Positions 13,616 through 26,300 of a stretch of DNA of 64,000 nt are shown here, one piece after another. A program made the position numbers and the translations under genes. The stretch's first letter is position 1. Every line of letters starts with the position of its first letter. The stretch is from Callorhinchus milii. Taxonomy: Eukaryota. The notes beneath the pieces are model-generated. The model saw nothing but the letters and a program-made list of their open reading frames with translations, made no database searches and was not told the DNA's origin. The DNA lies in assembly GCF_018977255.1 (NCBI RefSeq), contig NW_024704743.1, forward strand, positions 56,298,001 through 56,362,000. Reading direction: 5' to 3'.

Positions 13616-13744
13616 TATTAAACCAACGTCTTGTTTGCCTATTCAGATAGGCTTCAAAAACCTCATAACTACTCAAAAGAGAAGGGAATTTCTCCTGGTG
13701 TCCTGACCAAAAATCCCCCAGATAAAATTGGTTATTCACTTCAT

Positions 13745-14210
13745 TGCAATTCAGAACAAATTCAGAACTCTGCCGCCTTGTACTCACCGGCTCTAAACTT
13801 CATACATACATCACACCAGTTCTCGCCAGGCTCCACTATCACAGAACAGATCAACTTCAAGATCCTCACACAAATCTACAAATCCCTTCACGCCCTGGAA
13901 CCTCTCTTCCCCACTCCACCACGTGACCCCTCCTCTCAGCTGGCTCCGGCCTCCTGCTTGTCCATTGTTCTCTCCGCTCCACCATCTGCGGCCATGCTTT
14001 CAGCTACTACACCCCAAAACTTTAGAACTCCCTCCCTCAATTCCTCCACCTTGTTCCCTACTTCACCTTTTTCAGATGACCCCTGAAGACCTCCCTGTGC
14101 ATGCTTAAGGTCACCTCCTCCTTCCCACAGGCTCGGCGTCAAGCTTCATCTCTGTTAAGCGCTCCGAGACACTACTCAACATGAAGTGTGCTATATAAAT
14201 GCAATTTTTT
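13745..14210 (+). mobile_element. L2 LINE 3' fragment
   Basis: ITPVLARLH and EQINFKILTQIYKSLHAL; tail gtgtgctatataaatgcaa. Confidence 0.85.
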
Positions 14211-16931
14211 TTTACACACAGTGATTCAAATCTTATGTTGGCAGCACTCATTGGAAATTCTTGTAAAATAATAAAAGAATGACTTTACTGCATTGTTGGA
14301 GATGCCAACTTCATACAGTTTAAAAGACAGATGCATAAAAACAAGTGATCCACAAAAACGGAAAGCACTTGACAGAGCACATTAGGAAAACAGGACTGAT
14401 GAATCAACACAGACTATAAAATGTATGAAAAGTCATTACATTTATTCAATCTAACTGTGAGACCAAAATAGAAAGGAACAGCAGTTAAAATTACAGTGAA
14501 TAGACTTGGGAGTTGAATGAATCAAACTGACGATTTCAAAGTGGGTCTTTAGAGAAGTTCAAATGCTATATAAGTCTACCATAGTGTTTGAATAAACTTC
14601 TATCTTCATTACTTACAGTGAGGATATTTTTGAATTACCAGTTTGTGAATCAAATGCAGCATGGTTTGTTTCTCTAACCAGCAGGTTTTGATAAGTGCTT
14701 TTCTGGGATTGATCAGTTCCATTCTTTGACGGTCAAAACATCAGAACCTTGCATTTAAACTCGTCGCTACTAAGTGGTATGCTGCATTGTTTTTTAAGCA
14801 CTCCGGGATGCAGCCTCGCGTGAGGGCGGTATATAAATGCAAGTTGTTGTTGTTTGGAGGTGCAGTCTTTCAGATGAGATGTTAACTGAAGGTCCTGTTT
14901 GCCTATTTAAGTGCAAGTTAAAGATTCCACGGCACTATTCGAAAAGAGAGGGGAATTGTTTCTGGTCAACAATTCCCACCCCCGAATAAAATTGGTTATT
15001 CACTTCATGACTGTTTGTGTGACATTACTCTACACAAATTAACTGCCTACAAAACACATAGGCACTCCAGTATATTCTGTGGAGTGCTCGAGATGGCCTA
15101 CAAACATAAAAGGCACAATCGCTAATGCAATATTATGTATTGGCAACACTATTGTGATATATTCTGGTTGTAAATCTAACAATGTTTAACTTTAATCCCT
15201 GAAACACCTTGGGATGTCCTCTCGACGTGAAAGGCGCTATACAAATTTAATTTTGTTGTCGTTGTTGATGTTGAAACGGTACTGTCAAAGTGATAGATCA
15301 AGTCAAGGAAAAATTAAATCAGAGAGAGATAGGTAGAAAGGTTCTCTACATAGATATCGAAGCACCATTTCTATTTCTAAGCAATAAACTTTTCTAACAA
15401 ACTAAACATATAATAATATAATATTGTTTCCTTTTATAAGCAAATGTACACTTGTAATATTAAAAAGAATGTTAATGTTTGGGAATCTATACAACTGATT
15501 GATTTTGTCGTGGAGAGGGAATGAGGAGTACATCTGATAGCTGAATGTCAAGTACAATGGAGAAAGCATTGTAAATTTACCCAATGGCAGCAGTGGTTTG
15601 TTTTGTTTTGGTATGGGCCAGGTGAAGGGAAGGGATGAAATGTATGATATTCTTGGTTATCAAGTAGATGAGTGATAATCATTAGCTCCTTGATGGTTCT
15701 ATATGAAGAGGGGAATTATGAATCCAGCGCTTAGTCTATTGCTGAAAGATTTTTTCAGTGATAAGCAGGGGTCTATTAAATTGATATTCCTTGGCTTGTG
15801 GTCTGGCCTCATTATTAAAATCCAATTAGAGGATGTGAATATTTGGCTGTTAAAATGCAGAACAGAAGTCTAAACCTACCTTGGTTTACACCTATTTAGT
15901 TATTTTTCAGTCTGTTTTACATCTGAGGAGATTTTTTTTAACTTCCTTTCAGTAACTAGCTATTTTATGAAGAGAAATCTTCAATGAAGTTCATATCTTT
16001 TGTGAAAAATGTGGGTTTAATCCCTTTGAGCGAATTATTGACTTTAGAATATATTGCACTCTTGCGTAAGATCTACGTATTTAACCATTAATCAAAAGGA
16101 AAGGCATTTGAGGCCTGAAATTTCTAGTATTACCTGTAAGACCATTTATTAAGACCAAAAAATAAAATTGTGCAGAATTGTGAAAATTTCTTAAATTCAG
16201 TCCAAAGTTTCAAATAATACTAAGATGTTCCCATTAATATTGCATGACCTTAGCCTATAAGACAAATTTATCGTAAATGTTAAGACTAGGATCCCTATTA
16301 GTCTAGAAGGAAGGAGGAAAGGAGGGGAAGTACTGGATTGGAAATTCAAATCAAGGCAAAGTGTTTGTATGTTGGACAGCTGAATTTTTTTATTTGCTTC
16401 TCCAATTGTTTTGGTGGTGGTCTATTCTGTGGGTTTTGTCCCTTTGTTTAGTTTTTTCAGTAAAAGCTGGGCCGTTATCCTAAATACCATGGTGATCCAC
16501 TTATGCCACACAACAAAGCTTTACCAAGAACAATTACCCCTTCCTGTGTAGTGGGGACAATCATTTTTTCATCACACTGAAAAGTTTTGCCTTATTCAGC
16601 CTCAGAGTTCATCCTTTAAACGATATACACTGTTGTTTAAAATGCCTTAGTTATACCTTTGTAAACATTGTCTCATGAGATCTACCACACAAACTTTCCA
16701 GGAAAGGAAAATAGTGACATAAACCCACATTAAAAATGCAGATAGAATTTAAATTGTCAGTATAATGGCACTACTCAGGGCTGGATTAGAAGAAAAAAAG
16801 TTGGTATTAAAACAATCCACATTGATGGAACGGTGGAGCTTCCACTTAGCCTTCATGGGCTATTTGAAATCATCAGTGTATAAATTAAGATCAATTTGGC
16901 AGAGGGAATAAAGTGGGATACTGCATGTGGA

Positions 16932-17467
16932 GTCCTGTAGCTCAGTGGTTAGAGCACTCGCTTTGCAAGTGAGAGACCTGAGTTCAATTCCAGGCAGAGG
17001 GTGAAACCTTGGGCAAGTTTCCTTACTCCACACGCCTAATAATAATCCCTCCAAAAAAACAAAACAATAATAAGTTGGTCATTTTCAATCCACGACTGTT
17101 TGTGGGACATTGCTGTGCGCAATTGGCTGCCGCATTCGCCCACAACTATACAGTCAATTCACTTTACAGTATATTCTGTGAAGCGCTTTAGGACGTCTAG
17201 AAGAAGTGAAAGGCGCTATATCAAATACAAGATTTTTATTATTATTGGGGTAATAATTCCTTCCAAAAAATATATACATATACAATAATAAATTGGTCAC
17301 TCAATCCACGCTTGTTTGTGGGACGTTGCTGAGTTTCGCCCACAAAATATACAGTCAATTCACTTTACGGAATATTCTGTGTAGCACTTTGAGATGTCTC
17401 AAAGACGTGATAAGGCGCTATATCAAATGCAAGGATTATTATTATTAATATTATTATTATTATTATT
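16932..17467 (+). mobile_element. tRNA-Ala-headed SINE followed by a second headless body and tail (17247-17467)
   Basis: Head gtcctgtagctcagtggttagagcactcgctttgcaagtgagagacctgagttcaattcc; two successive tgtttgtgggacrttgctg...aggcgctatatcaaat..(att)n units. Confidence 0.88.
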
Positions 17468-17504
17468 GCCCTCAGTGGCAAAATCAAAGTTCTATATTTG
17501 TTTG

Positions 17505-18050
17505 CTGTTACCTTTACTTGTGGTCTCCCTAGCTCCACCATACACAAAATCCAATTAATTCAAAATTCCACAGCCGACATACTCATTCACCTTTATGAAA
17601 CTCTGTACCCTAATTACACCAGTCCTTGTCAAGCTGCACTGGCTCCCAATTACCGAACAGATAATTTCAAGATCCTCTCACTCGTTTTCAAATTACTTAA
17701 TTCCCTCAGTCCTCCCTATCTATCTGATCTGCTTACCCCCCATTCCACCACCATTACCTGCATTCAGTTGGCTCCGGCCTCCCATTGTCCCTTGTGCCCT
17801 TCATTCTACCATCGGTGGCTGACCCTTCAGCCACTTCGCCCCGAAACTCTGGAACCCTCTCCCTCAATCCCTCCGCCTTGCCCTCTCACTCCCCACCTTC
17901 AAATTCTGCTTAAAGACTTTCCTTTTTGATCATGCTTATGATCACCTCCCCCCTGGCTTATTGTCAGACAGACCCCACCAATGTAAAGCGTTCCGGGACA
18001 CGACCCATATGAAGGGCGGTATATAAATGAAAGTTGTTGTTGTTGATGTT
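17505..18050 (+). mobile_element. L2 LINE 3' fragment
   Basis: GLPSSTIHKIQLIQNS, ITPVLVKLHWLPI, NFKILSLVFK; (GTT)n tail. Confidence 0.88.
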
Positions 18051-21000
18051 GTAGATGTAGAGTTGAGTCCAGGCTTTTCTTTCTAAGATACGCTTAACCC
18101 CTGCATTTTTATCACACCGCTGCTTCACTCTTTTTGTGTGTGTGATATCTCTCTCGGGGGCTGGCTAAGCATTGTTGTCTCCCTCCAGAGCCCAATGGAC
18201 CACTGGGCTCAACTAAAATCAGTAGCTTTAATCTTATTTTCCCTTACAGCTGTAGCTAAAGCTATCTTGAGGAATGTGAGGTCAAATACAATATAAAATG
18301 CTGTACCTATCCCATCCCAGAGGATTTTGAGAATGAGCACATCTGAGTTCTCTGTTAATGTGTCTCTGGAGAAGTTGCTGTGGCCTGGAGAAGGGGACAG
18401 AAGCAGCTCCCAATTGCAGGAGAAAAGTCTGCACATCCCCTCCCCCCTTAATCGCACAATATAGCCAATAAGAACCTGTCTGGGACACTGATGTCAGAGT
18501 TTGCCCAGTGACTCTTCCAACCCAAAGGGGAGCCAGGTAAGAAAAGAAATGTACAAAGTAAAATGAAAACCCATGACAGAAATTCAGAACATGCATAAGA
18601 AGTGGTTTTTCAAAGGTCAAATTTATCCTAAACCTGAAAGAAGTCATCACCTTGTATGTCACAAATGTATGCGTTTTATTTGGGGAGAATATTTAAGGTT
18701 TCCTGCCTTGGGATGCTACTTCTGAATCATCCATTGGACAACAACAAAAAATTATATTTTGATTCAACTTAATTCGCATTTGATTAATGTAATTGAAGGA
18801 GCAAGGGAGGGAGCAAGACATAGGAACTGTGGATGGAGTTCCAAAGGGTGGGTAGTATCAGTTGAAAGTGAGAAGTTACACTATTTGTTTTCACCATTGT
18901 TGCAGAAGATTTTTTTTGTGTACTTTGAACTTTCCAAAGGGAATGTTTTGAAATTCTTACTCCTCTATAGAACATTTTGATAAGCTGCTTAAAAAAAATT
19001 GGGGTGAAACTGCAAAAGCAGAGAGGTTTTGAACTCTATTGAATAATCAGTTCTGGTTAGTTGAGGCGCTCTTAAAATTCTTTTCTTTCCCTTTCCTTCA
19101 CAAATTGGAGTGGCTGTAATCTTTTGCATTCATCTTTTCTTTGACCATTCAAGTATTGGAAACAAAATACAGCAAAGAATTTATCTCTGATCCTCTTCAT
19201 TGCAGTCTAGCATGTACTGTTGCTATCACCAGCAAAGCTTTTGTTCATTCCATATAATGTAATTTCCTAGCTTCAGTGAACATTTTAAGGTTAGACCCCC
19301 ATTCACCCACAAAACATAGTCAATTCACTTTACAGTATATCCTGTGAAGAGCTTCGAAACATCTCAACGACGTAATAAGGCACTATATCAAATGCAAGGA
19401 ATATTATTATATTCTCTCTGTTCTATGCATGTAAATGTTATTTACTGAAGTTCTCAGCAGCAAACATTTAACCAGATCAGGATTCTGCCTGCATTAAATT
19501 CCACCGTGCCTGATGCCGACACATTATATCACATTATTTATCGTGATAAATATCACATTAAGTCAGTTGTGAAAAATCAAGCTTTTCACTCATACATAAA
19601 TGAAATATTTTAAGTTGCAGTTGAATTAAGTTGAATCATTTGCTTAACCATCTTCTTGACTATTAGTCACCTGTGATGTCAATCCCATGTGTGATCACAA
19701 CTAGAACAGCAACGCATGAAATGTTAATACTTGGGGCCAACCCTCTGCTTTTATACCAGGAATGTGAGATACGGCTGATGGTCCAGTATCTCAGGATTCT
19801 GTCTCTCCAAGATCTGCAAGATCTTTCTACTCCCTAATCTGTGCCCATGCAGCACTTTCTGAGACAACATAATTCATCTGGAACTCTTTGTATCAATTGC
19901 TGAATCGGACTTGTTAGAACAGCACACATTCTTTAGGAGTTTGGGGCTGTCACAAACCATGAGGGCAATTTGTAAGACATTCCTTTGTAAAAGTTGCACG
20001 TACACTCTTATGTACCGAAATTATGTTTCTTATGTACCACTAAATTATCCTTTAAACCCCCCCACCCCCACCATAAGGAATTGAACATAAGCTCTGATTG
20101 GTAAAGTAGTTAAGCTCAACCTGTTAAAAGAGAAACATTTCACTTATCAGTTAAACTCAGTGGAGTGATACTTGCTGCACTATTACATGGAGCTTGACAC
20201 TACATCCCTCAGTCATGTGAAGGAAACTAGGCTTGACATATTCAATCAGCAGTGCTTCAGAGGGATAAATTCATGGAATTAAGTGTCAACAGAGAATTAA
20301 GACCGACATTGTCAGAGAAAAAACTCATCTAGTTAAGGAAAGAAACTAACTTCTCAAAGAGATCCTGTCTTGAACTTCCAACAAGAAAAACAAAACCAGG
20401 AATGGATTCAATCAATGGGAAGATTGCCATAGAACCAAATTAATTGAGAATCCAGTTATATACATATGTTACATAACTGATAAGAACATAATATCCTGTG
20501 AATTGCAATGGAGTTTTGTGCCTTTGTCATAAAATGGTACAACAGTATACTGTTAAAGAAACTATCCCACTTGGGGTGGTGGGGAGGGGTGTGGAGGAGT
20601 TAAGCAGGGTTTCCTGGGAGCTGAGCTGGCTCTAAGGTGACTTGCTTGGAAATGGAATGTCAGAATTGAATCAACTCTCTGTGGCGGTTTCAGTAGTTTG
20701 GTTGCTGAGCAAGGTGATTCTGCAGTACTCCAGGACAGTGCTGATGTTGTTCAGCTAACAGGTCTAGTCAGCAGGATTTGGAAGGACAGAGTGGTCACTG
20801 GGAACAGGGAACACTCCCGCTTGTATGCTGTTAACCCTATAAGCTGAAACCATAACGGCTATATAGGATGGTCCTAGCTGAACAAGCTGCAGAAAAGCTT
20901 GCTTGTGATTTTAGCAAGTTAAACTGCAGAAATCACAAGCTGAGATCCCCAAGCTATGGCTCTTGCCAACCGGCAACTAAGACTCTCTGGAATTAGATAA

Positions 21001-21249
21001 GCAGTGTGAGTCCCTCAGTGAGAGAGTGTGCATTTAATTACAGACACATATTTCCATGAGTAGGCAGTATGCATATCTGGAACTTTATCTGCTTTGGATA
21101 CTCTAGCAAGGTCTTCCATGAGCATCAAATACGTATCTCATCAGAAGAAAACGATACAAAAGGATACTGTCACCTTAACTCACTCTTGCTTCTCAGTCAA
21201 AGGTTAGTGGTTCTATGCCCATATTGGAACTTTAGCTCATGGTCTAAGC

Positions 21250-21970
21250 CAGCATGGTCCAATGGGGAACCGCGGGTTGCACCCAGCCCGGCAGGTGAAT
21301 TTATCCAGCCCGAGACCATTTCCAAGACTCCAGCCTCCGATCCCTCCTTCCCTGGTGAATGTACTCCCTTGGAAGTGACAGGAACCGGCAGTTGGGAGGA
21401 CACAGCGCAGTGAATGGAAATAATACGACTGTTACTGCAGTATGTACCCAAGCTGAGGGAAGGGCTCCCTGACAGGCAAGCGGGTCTCCTTATCCACCGC
21501 ATCCTTGCTCCTGCTGATTGGGGGAGGGGGGTGGAGAGAAAGAGGAAGGGGGTGGGGGAGAGAGAGGTGGATGAGAGAGAGAGAGAGAGAGATTGAGCGA
21601 GTGAGAGGAGAGTGTGTATGTCTCTCCCCCTCTCTCACACAGTCTCTCTTGCTCCCCCTTTCTCACATCTCTGTCATGAGAAAGAGAGAGAGAGAGACTC
21701 TTTCAAGGCATGTCAAGTTAGGTAACTCTTTGACCACGCTTTCGGTCTTCTTTTTCCTTTCCCATTCCACCTCCCTTGGCTCCCATCTCCAGCTCAGGTA
21801 CTCAGGCAGCAGTGTTTAGCACTTTGAGATGTCCTTCCAACATGAAAAAGGTGCTATGTAAATGTTATTACGTTTCTGGAAGGGAAACACAAAATATTGA
21901 TTATGCAGCCCGCAGACCTTTCTCAAATAGGGAATCCAGCCCGCGGCAACAAAAATGTTGGACCATCCTG
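21250..21970. mobile_element. Non-autonomous hAT (Charlie-like) DNA transposon with GA/CT microsatellites and an L2 tail inside
   Basis: Terminal inverted repeats CAGCATGGTCCAAT (21250) and GTTGGACCATCCTG (ends 21970), 12/14 match; subterminal CAGCCCG repeats at both ends. Confidence 0.7.
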
Positions 21971-23084
21971 GGACTGGACTGATACTCAATGTCTGTCTGT
22001 GGTGCCATCATACTGGTAAGTAAGATACTAAACCAAGGTTCTGCCTGCCTGTTCTTCAGGTGGATACTAAAAGATCCCATGGGACTCTTTACAAAGTTTT
22101 TTTTAAGATATTCTGGTCAACAATCCAGATACATTTGTCATTTTGTGGGACCTTGCTGTGCATCAAATGACTACCTCTTGTCCCTGCATTTATTCCACTT
22201 GACTTCAAAAACAACTTGCATTTATATAGTGCTCTCCATGCAGTCAGCGCCTTGGAACCTTGACAGTAATTATCGTGAAGCTCCAACAATAATAATCCTT
22301 GTATTTGATGTAGCACTTTATCCCATTGCAATTTCTCAAAGCATTTCAGAATTTTCAGCAAAGTGTAGGGACTGTATTTGCATGGATTTGAATTTACACA
22401 CAACAAAATAACACAAAAAGCCATGAAGTCAATGAGTTTTATTTTCTGGGAGTAATTTTTTTAGACAGGACACATGGAGACATTCCCTTCCTTTTGAAAC
22501 ATGCCATGGGATCTTTAATGTCCACTTGAATAGGCACTGTTGAGATTTCTCCCTTACTTTATGTTTCTTGTGTTTACTTTTACAATGCGTCTCTGACTTG
22601 TAATTATGTTTCCATCATTTCAGCATTGAAAGATTTCCTTTGAGACGCAGCAGCACCAAACTTTCAAACCTTCACTATTTTGTTCTGTTGGGTAGATTCT
22701 AGTTTCTCATATGTTTTCTTCTTTGCTGACCATTTGAACTTTTTCATTTGTAAAATTAAATGAAGATTTATAAGGTCCATCCCATTAGTTAGAGTATATG
22801 TTGTGCTCTCTTGCAACCTGGGAACTCCTGTATCTTAAATTGAGAGGATTTGCTCAATTATAATAATTATAATAATTATAATAATAGTTATTATTAAAGT
22901 CCCGAAACAGAAGCTCTCATTATATAGGCACAAGACTAGTCTATTACGACCCGATAATAGGAAATTGAACGGGACTTGAGCAGATGTACGACTAAGACGA
23001 TTATACAATTTATGCAGATCAGACTTGTGCGAGGTTTACTGTATTTCTTAACAGGATTTCTCAACGTGGTATCCTATTGGCATT

Positions 23085-23310
23085 CTTATTAACCTGCAGA
23101 AACTCTGCTCTGGAAATAGATAGCTCTGCCTCAATCCCCCTGTCTTACCCTCTCCTTATCTGCCTTCGGATCACACCTGAAGACTTTCCTGTTTGACCGT
23201 GTCTTTGATCACCTCCCTCTCCCTGGTTTGGCATTTAGCTCCGCCACTATTAAGGGCTCTAAGATGCTACCCTACATATAACATGGTGCTATATAAATGA
23301 AAGTTGTTAT
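23085..23310 (+). mobile_element. L2 3' end fragment (similar short tails at ~4560-4740, 24290-24500, 44170-44315, 45660-45895, 50360-50530)
   Basis: ctgaagactttcctgtttgaccgtgtcttt...gtgctatataaatgaaagttgt, matching the longer L2 copies. Confidence 0.7.
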
Positions 23311-26300
23311 AGATTTGTGGCAATTTTGCTCCAACCCAAACTGCTTTTGGAGAAAAGTTCCCACGAGTCAGGTTGCTGTGCTTCTGGTTACAGAATGAAC
23401 TCCATTAGCTAGACTATTAAGAAATCCTATTTTGAAATATCACAAGTTAGATTTCATGAGGGCTCTGACTTTGCTTTAACAGTTAACATTCACCTGAAAA
23501 GGCAGATGGGATCCCAATTTAACTCCTCCAATAATACAACATTCCCCTAGCACTGCATTGAGATCAAAGTCCTGATCTCGGTCTTTAACCCATAAATTTC
23601 TGCTCCAGAGGCAAGAGTGTCAGCTGAGCCAGATTGAAAACTTTGAAATGTGAAGTGTTAGCACTGCACATTTAAAGACTCCTTTCTATCTAATCCATAA
23701 AATACCGCCACTCATCTTGAACAGCAGCAATGCGGCATTACTTTTTTTTAGCTCGGCACCCCAAGTGATGATCTCAATAACACAAGCTAAAATTTCACTG
23801 GGAAGTAAACCAAGCCATGCATTTGATTAATGGCATATTTTCTCTTTTAAAATGCAAATGTGTTCTATTTTAATAGCAAAGCCTGTTTCACATTTTCTTC
23901 TTCAAAACAGAACCTGAATTTTTCTAATGCCTCATTACATTGAAACAACTCCAAGCACTTCCAGTATTTACTGCCACGTGTAGTGACTGTTTTGAAAGCA
24001 CACATGACAAACAAGTGGAAGAAAACGAGCAACGATGCACTTGTTTTTGAATCGTGTCATTTTAATGCCACCTGAAGACAGGCAGAAGGGACCTTGGTTT
24101 AAGAACTCACCTAAATGATGAAACCTCAAGCAAATCGGCACTACAGTGCTACACTGTGCTGTCAGCCTATAACCTTAAATATTAATGTGTGGCTTGAACC
24201 CACAAAATGCAGAGCCAGAGAAGAGTACTGACCCAAACTGACAAATTTTGTCTTAAATTGCTTGTATTTTAATGGACTTTAAAGAGATTGCCCCGTCCGT
24301 CTCGAATTTGCTTCTAAAGTCCCTCTGCCTTGTACTCCCCCCTCTCTGATTTCAAATCCTACCTGAAGGGCTAACTCTGCTTTTGGCTGCCTCCTCCTTT
24401 CCTTTCCGACCCACCTCCAGATCAGCTCCCCCTCAGTTTGTGTAAAACACTTTGTGATATTCTCCCAATGGGGCAGATGCTGTATATGTGTATATTGTTA
24501 TTAATCATCTATTGCTTAATGTGAAAGGCTGGAGTACAAGCTATCCCCAGCTGTATCACAAATATGTGGCCAGTAGCCACCATGTGTCCTGACGTGTGCC
24601 CCGGGGCTGTGTGACCTCCACCACGTGACCGCTGCCATGTACTCTTCACCATCGTTAGATAATTTCATTGCTTTTCAATTTGTTCTGTGATTACTTTGAG
24701 TTCTCCCAGGTTATTTCTCACCACTGCTCCCTCTTTGATCTCCCTCCGATTCTCAGCAGCAGCCTCGCTGTTTGTTGTCCTGCAGTCGCTTGTAGCCAAA
24801 GCCTTCTGCAAATGGCAATTTGCCAGCGTCTTTCAGTTTGCAATTTATTACTGATGATGACATTCCCAATTGCTTTTGCTGATTACAGAGAATGTACCTC
24901 CACTTTGTTATGAAGACATGTGGAGCCCCTTTGCTGATCCCAGTACTATGGGAAGCAAATTGGTTTTACACCATCCAGCGTAGATAAATGCCCGTACTTG
25001 TACCCTGCTTACATACAGGGCTGTATTCACGCTGCGGCTCTGAGAACTCCGAGGCGTTGAATGCTGTTGGTAAAGATACCTGTGGAGCAGAGATAGAAGC
25101 TGCCAGCAGCCAAATTCATCCGCAACTCCAATTTGATTTATAAAACTTCTCAATCCTATTAGTTGGAACTTTAACTTCAAAAATATCCCTAAAAATGTGG
25201 TTTCATTGATTCAGACTTTTGTAAATTGGTGTGTTTAAGAGACAAATGAGAGTCACAATCTTTTTTAAATCAGCAATTCAACTCTTGTTTGGTACTATAA
25301 ATGATGCATTGCTAAATGAAATGTTAGCCTGGCTCAGTTGGTAACACTCTTGCCTCTGAGTCAAAAGGTTGTGGGTTCAAACACCATGTTGGGATTTTGA
25401 ATTCCTGTATTGTGGGCGGACACTTGAATATAGTGCTTCGGGTGTGCAGCATGTTTGGAGGTGCTGTCCTTTGGATGTGATATGAAACCAAGGTCCCGAC
25501 TGCTTGTTCGGATAGACTTTAAAAATTTCATGGCCAGCAATCCCCAGATGAAATAGATCACTCACTTCATGATAGTTTGTGGAACTTTGCTGTGCTTCCA
25601 TATTTGCCTACAAAATCCACAACAGTATATCCTCTGAAGCACTTTGAGACATTCTACTGATGTGAAGTGCTTTATATCAAATGTATTTTATTATTAGCAA
25701 AATAGCACACTTGGTTTATGTCTCAAATCAGAGTTCAGGTTGTTTGTGTTTTTCTCACTGTTTACTGACCACCTCTCCCTCAAACCTATGGTTTATTATA
25801 TTATATCTTAGTTGTGTGCTGTTGTTATTGTTGTTGCTGTGGTGCAATGCCCGAGTCAAATTTATTCACTTCTTTCAATACCACAGTTAAACTAGCGTAA
25901 GCAAAGGAGATGATTTTATACCTCTGAACTAACATCAGAGTAGGCAGATTTGCACCATTTGCATGGTGGTTTCTACATTCAAAAGAGCTGTGAATTCAAA
26001 TTCAAACTACATCCACATGTGTGGTTGCAATATAATTGAGGCAAGTCTCAAGAGGAGGTACACAGAATCATCTGACTATCACAGCGTATTTTTCCCCATG
26101 TACATGCAAAGCACCCCAGTGAATGAAGTGAAGAGTGGTTTTCTAACAATACAATACAAATCTTAGATTCAGCTAGTTTAAATAACTCTATTACCTGCTC
26201 TTTAGAAAAANTAATGCAGGTAACTGCTCCCCCTGGTGTGGTGCTGGGTGGTACAGACTAGCAATGTCCTAGGTTTGCCTGGTCTGAGCTGGGTTGACAG

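Noticed and set aside
20525..21380. Solo LTR bounded by TGTCA...TGACA
   Set aside because: No TSD, PBS or PPT, and the right end falls inside the hAT MITE.
26211..26211. Single N base
   Set aside because: Assembly ambiguity, not biology.
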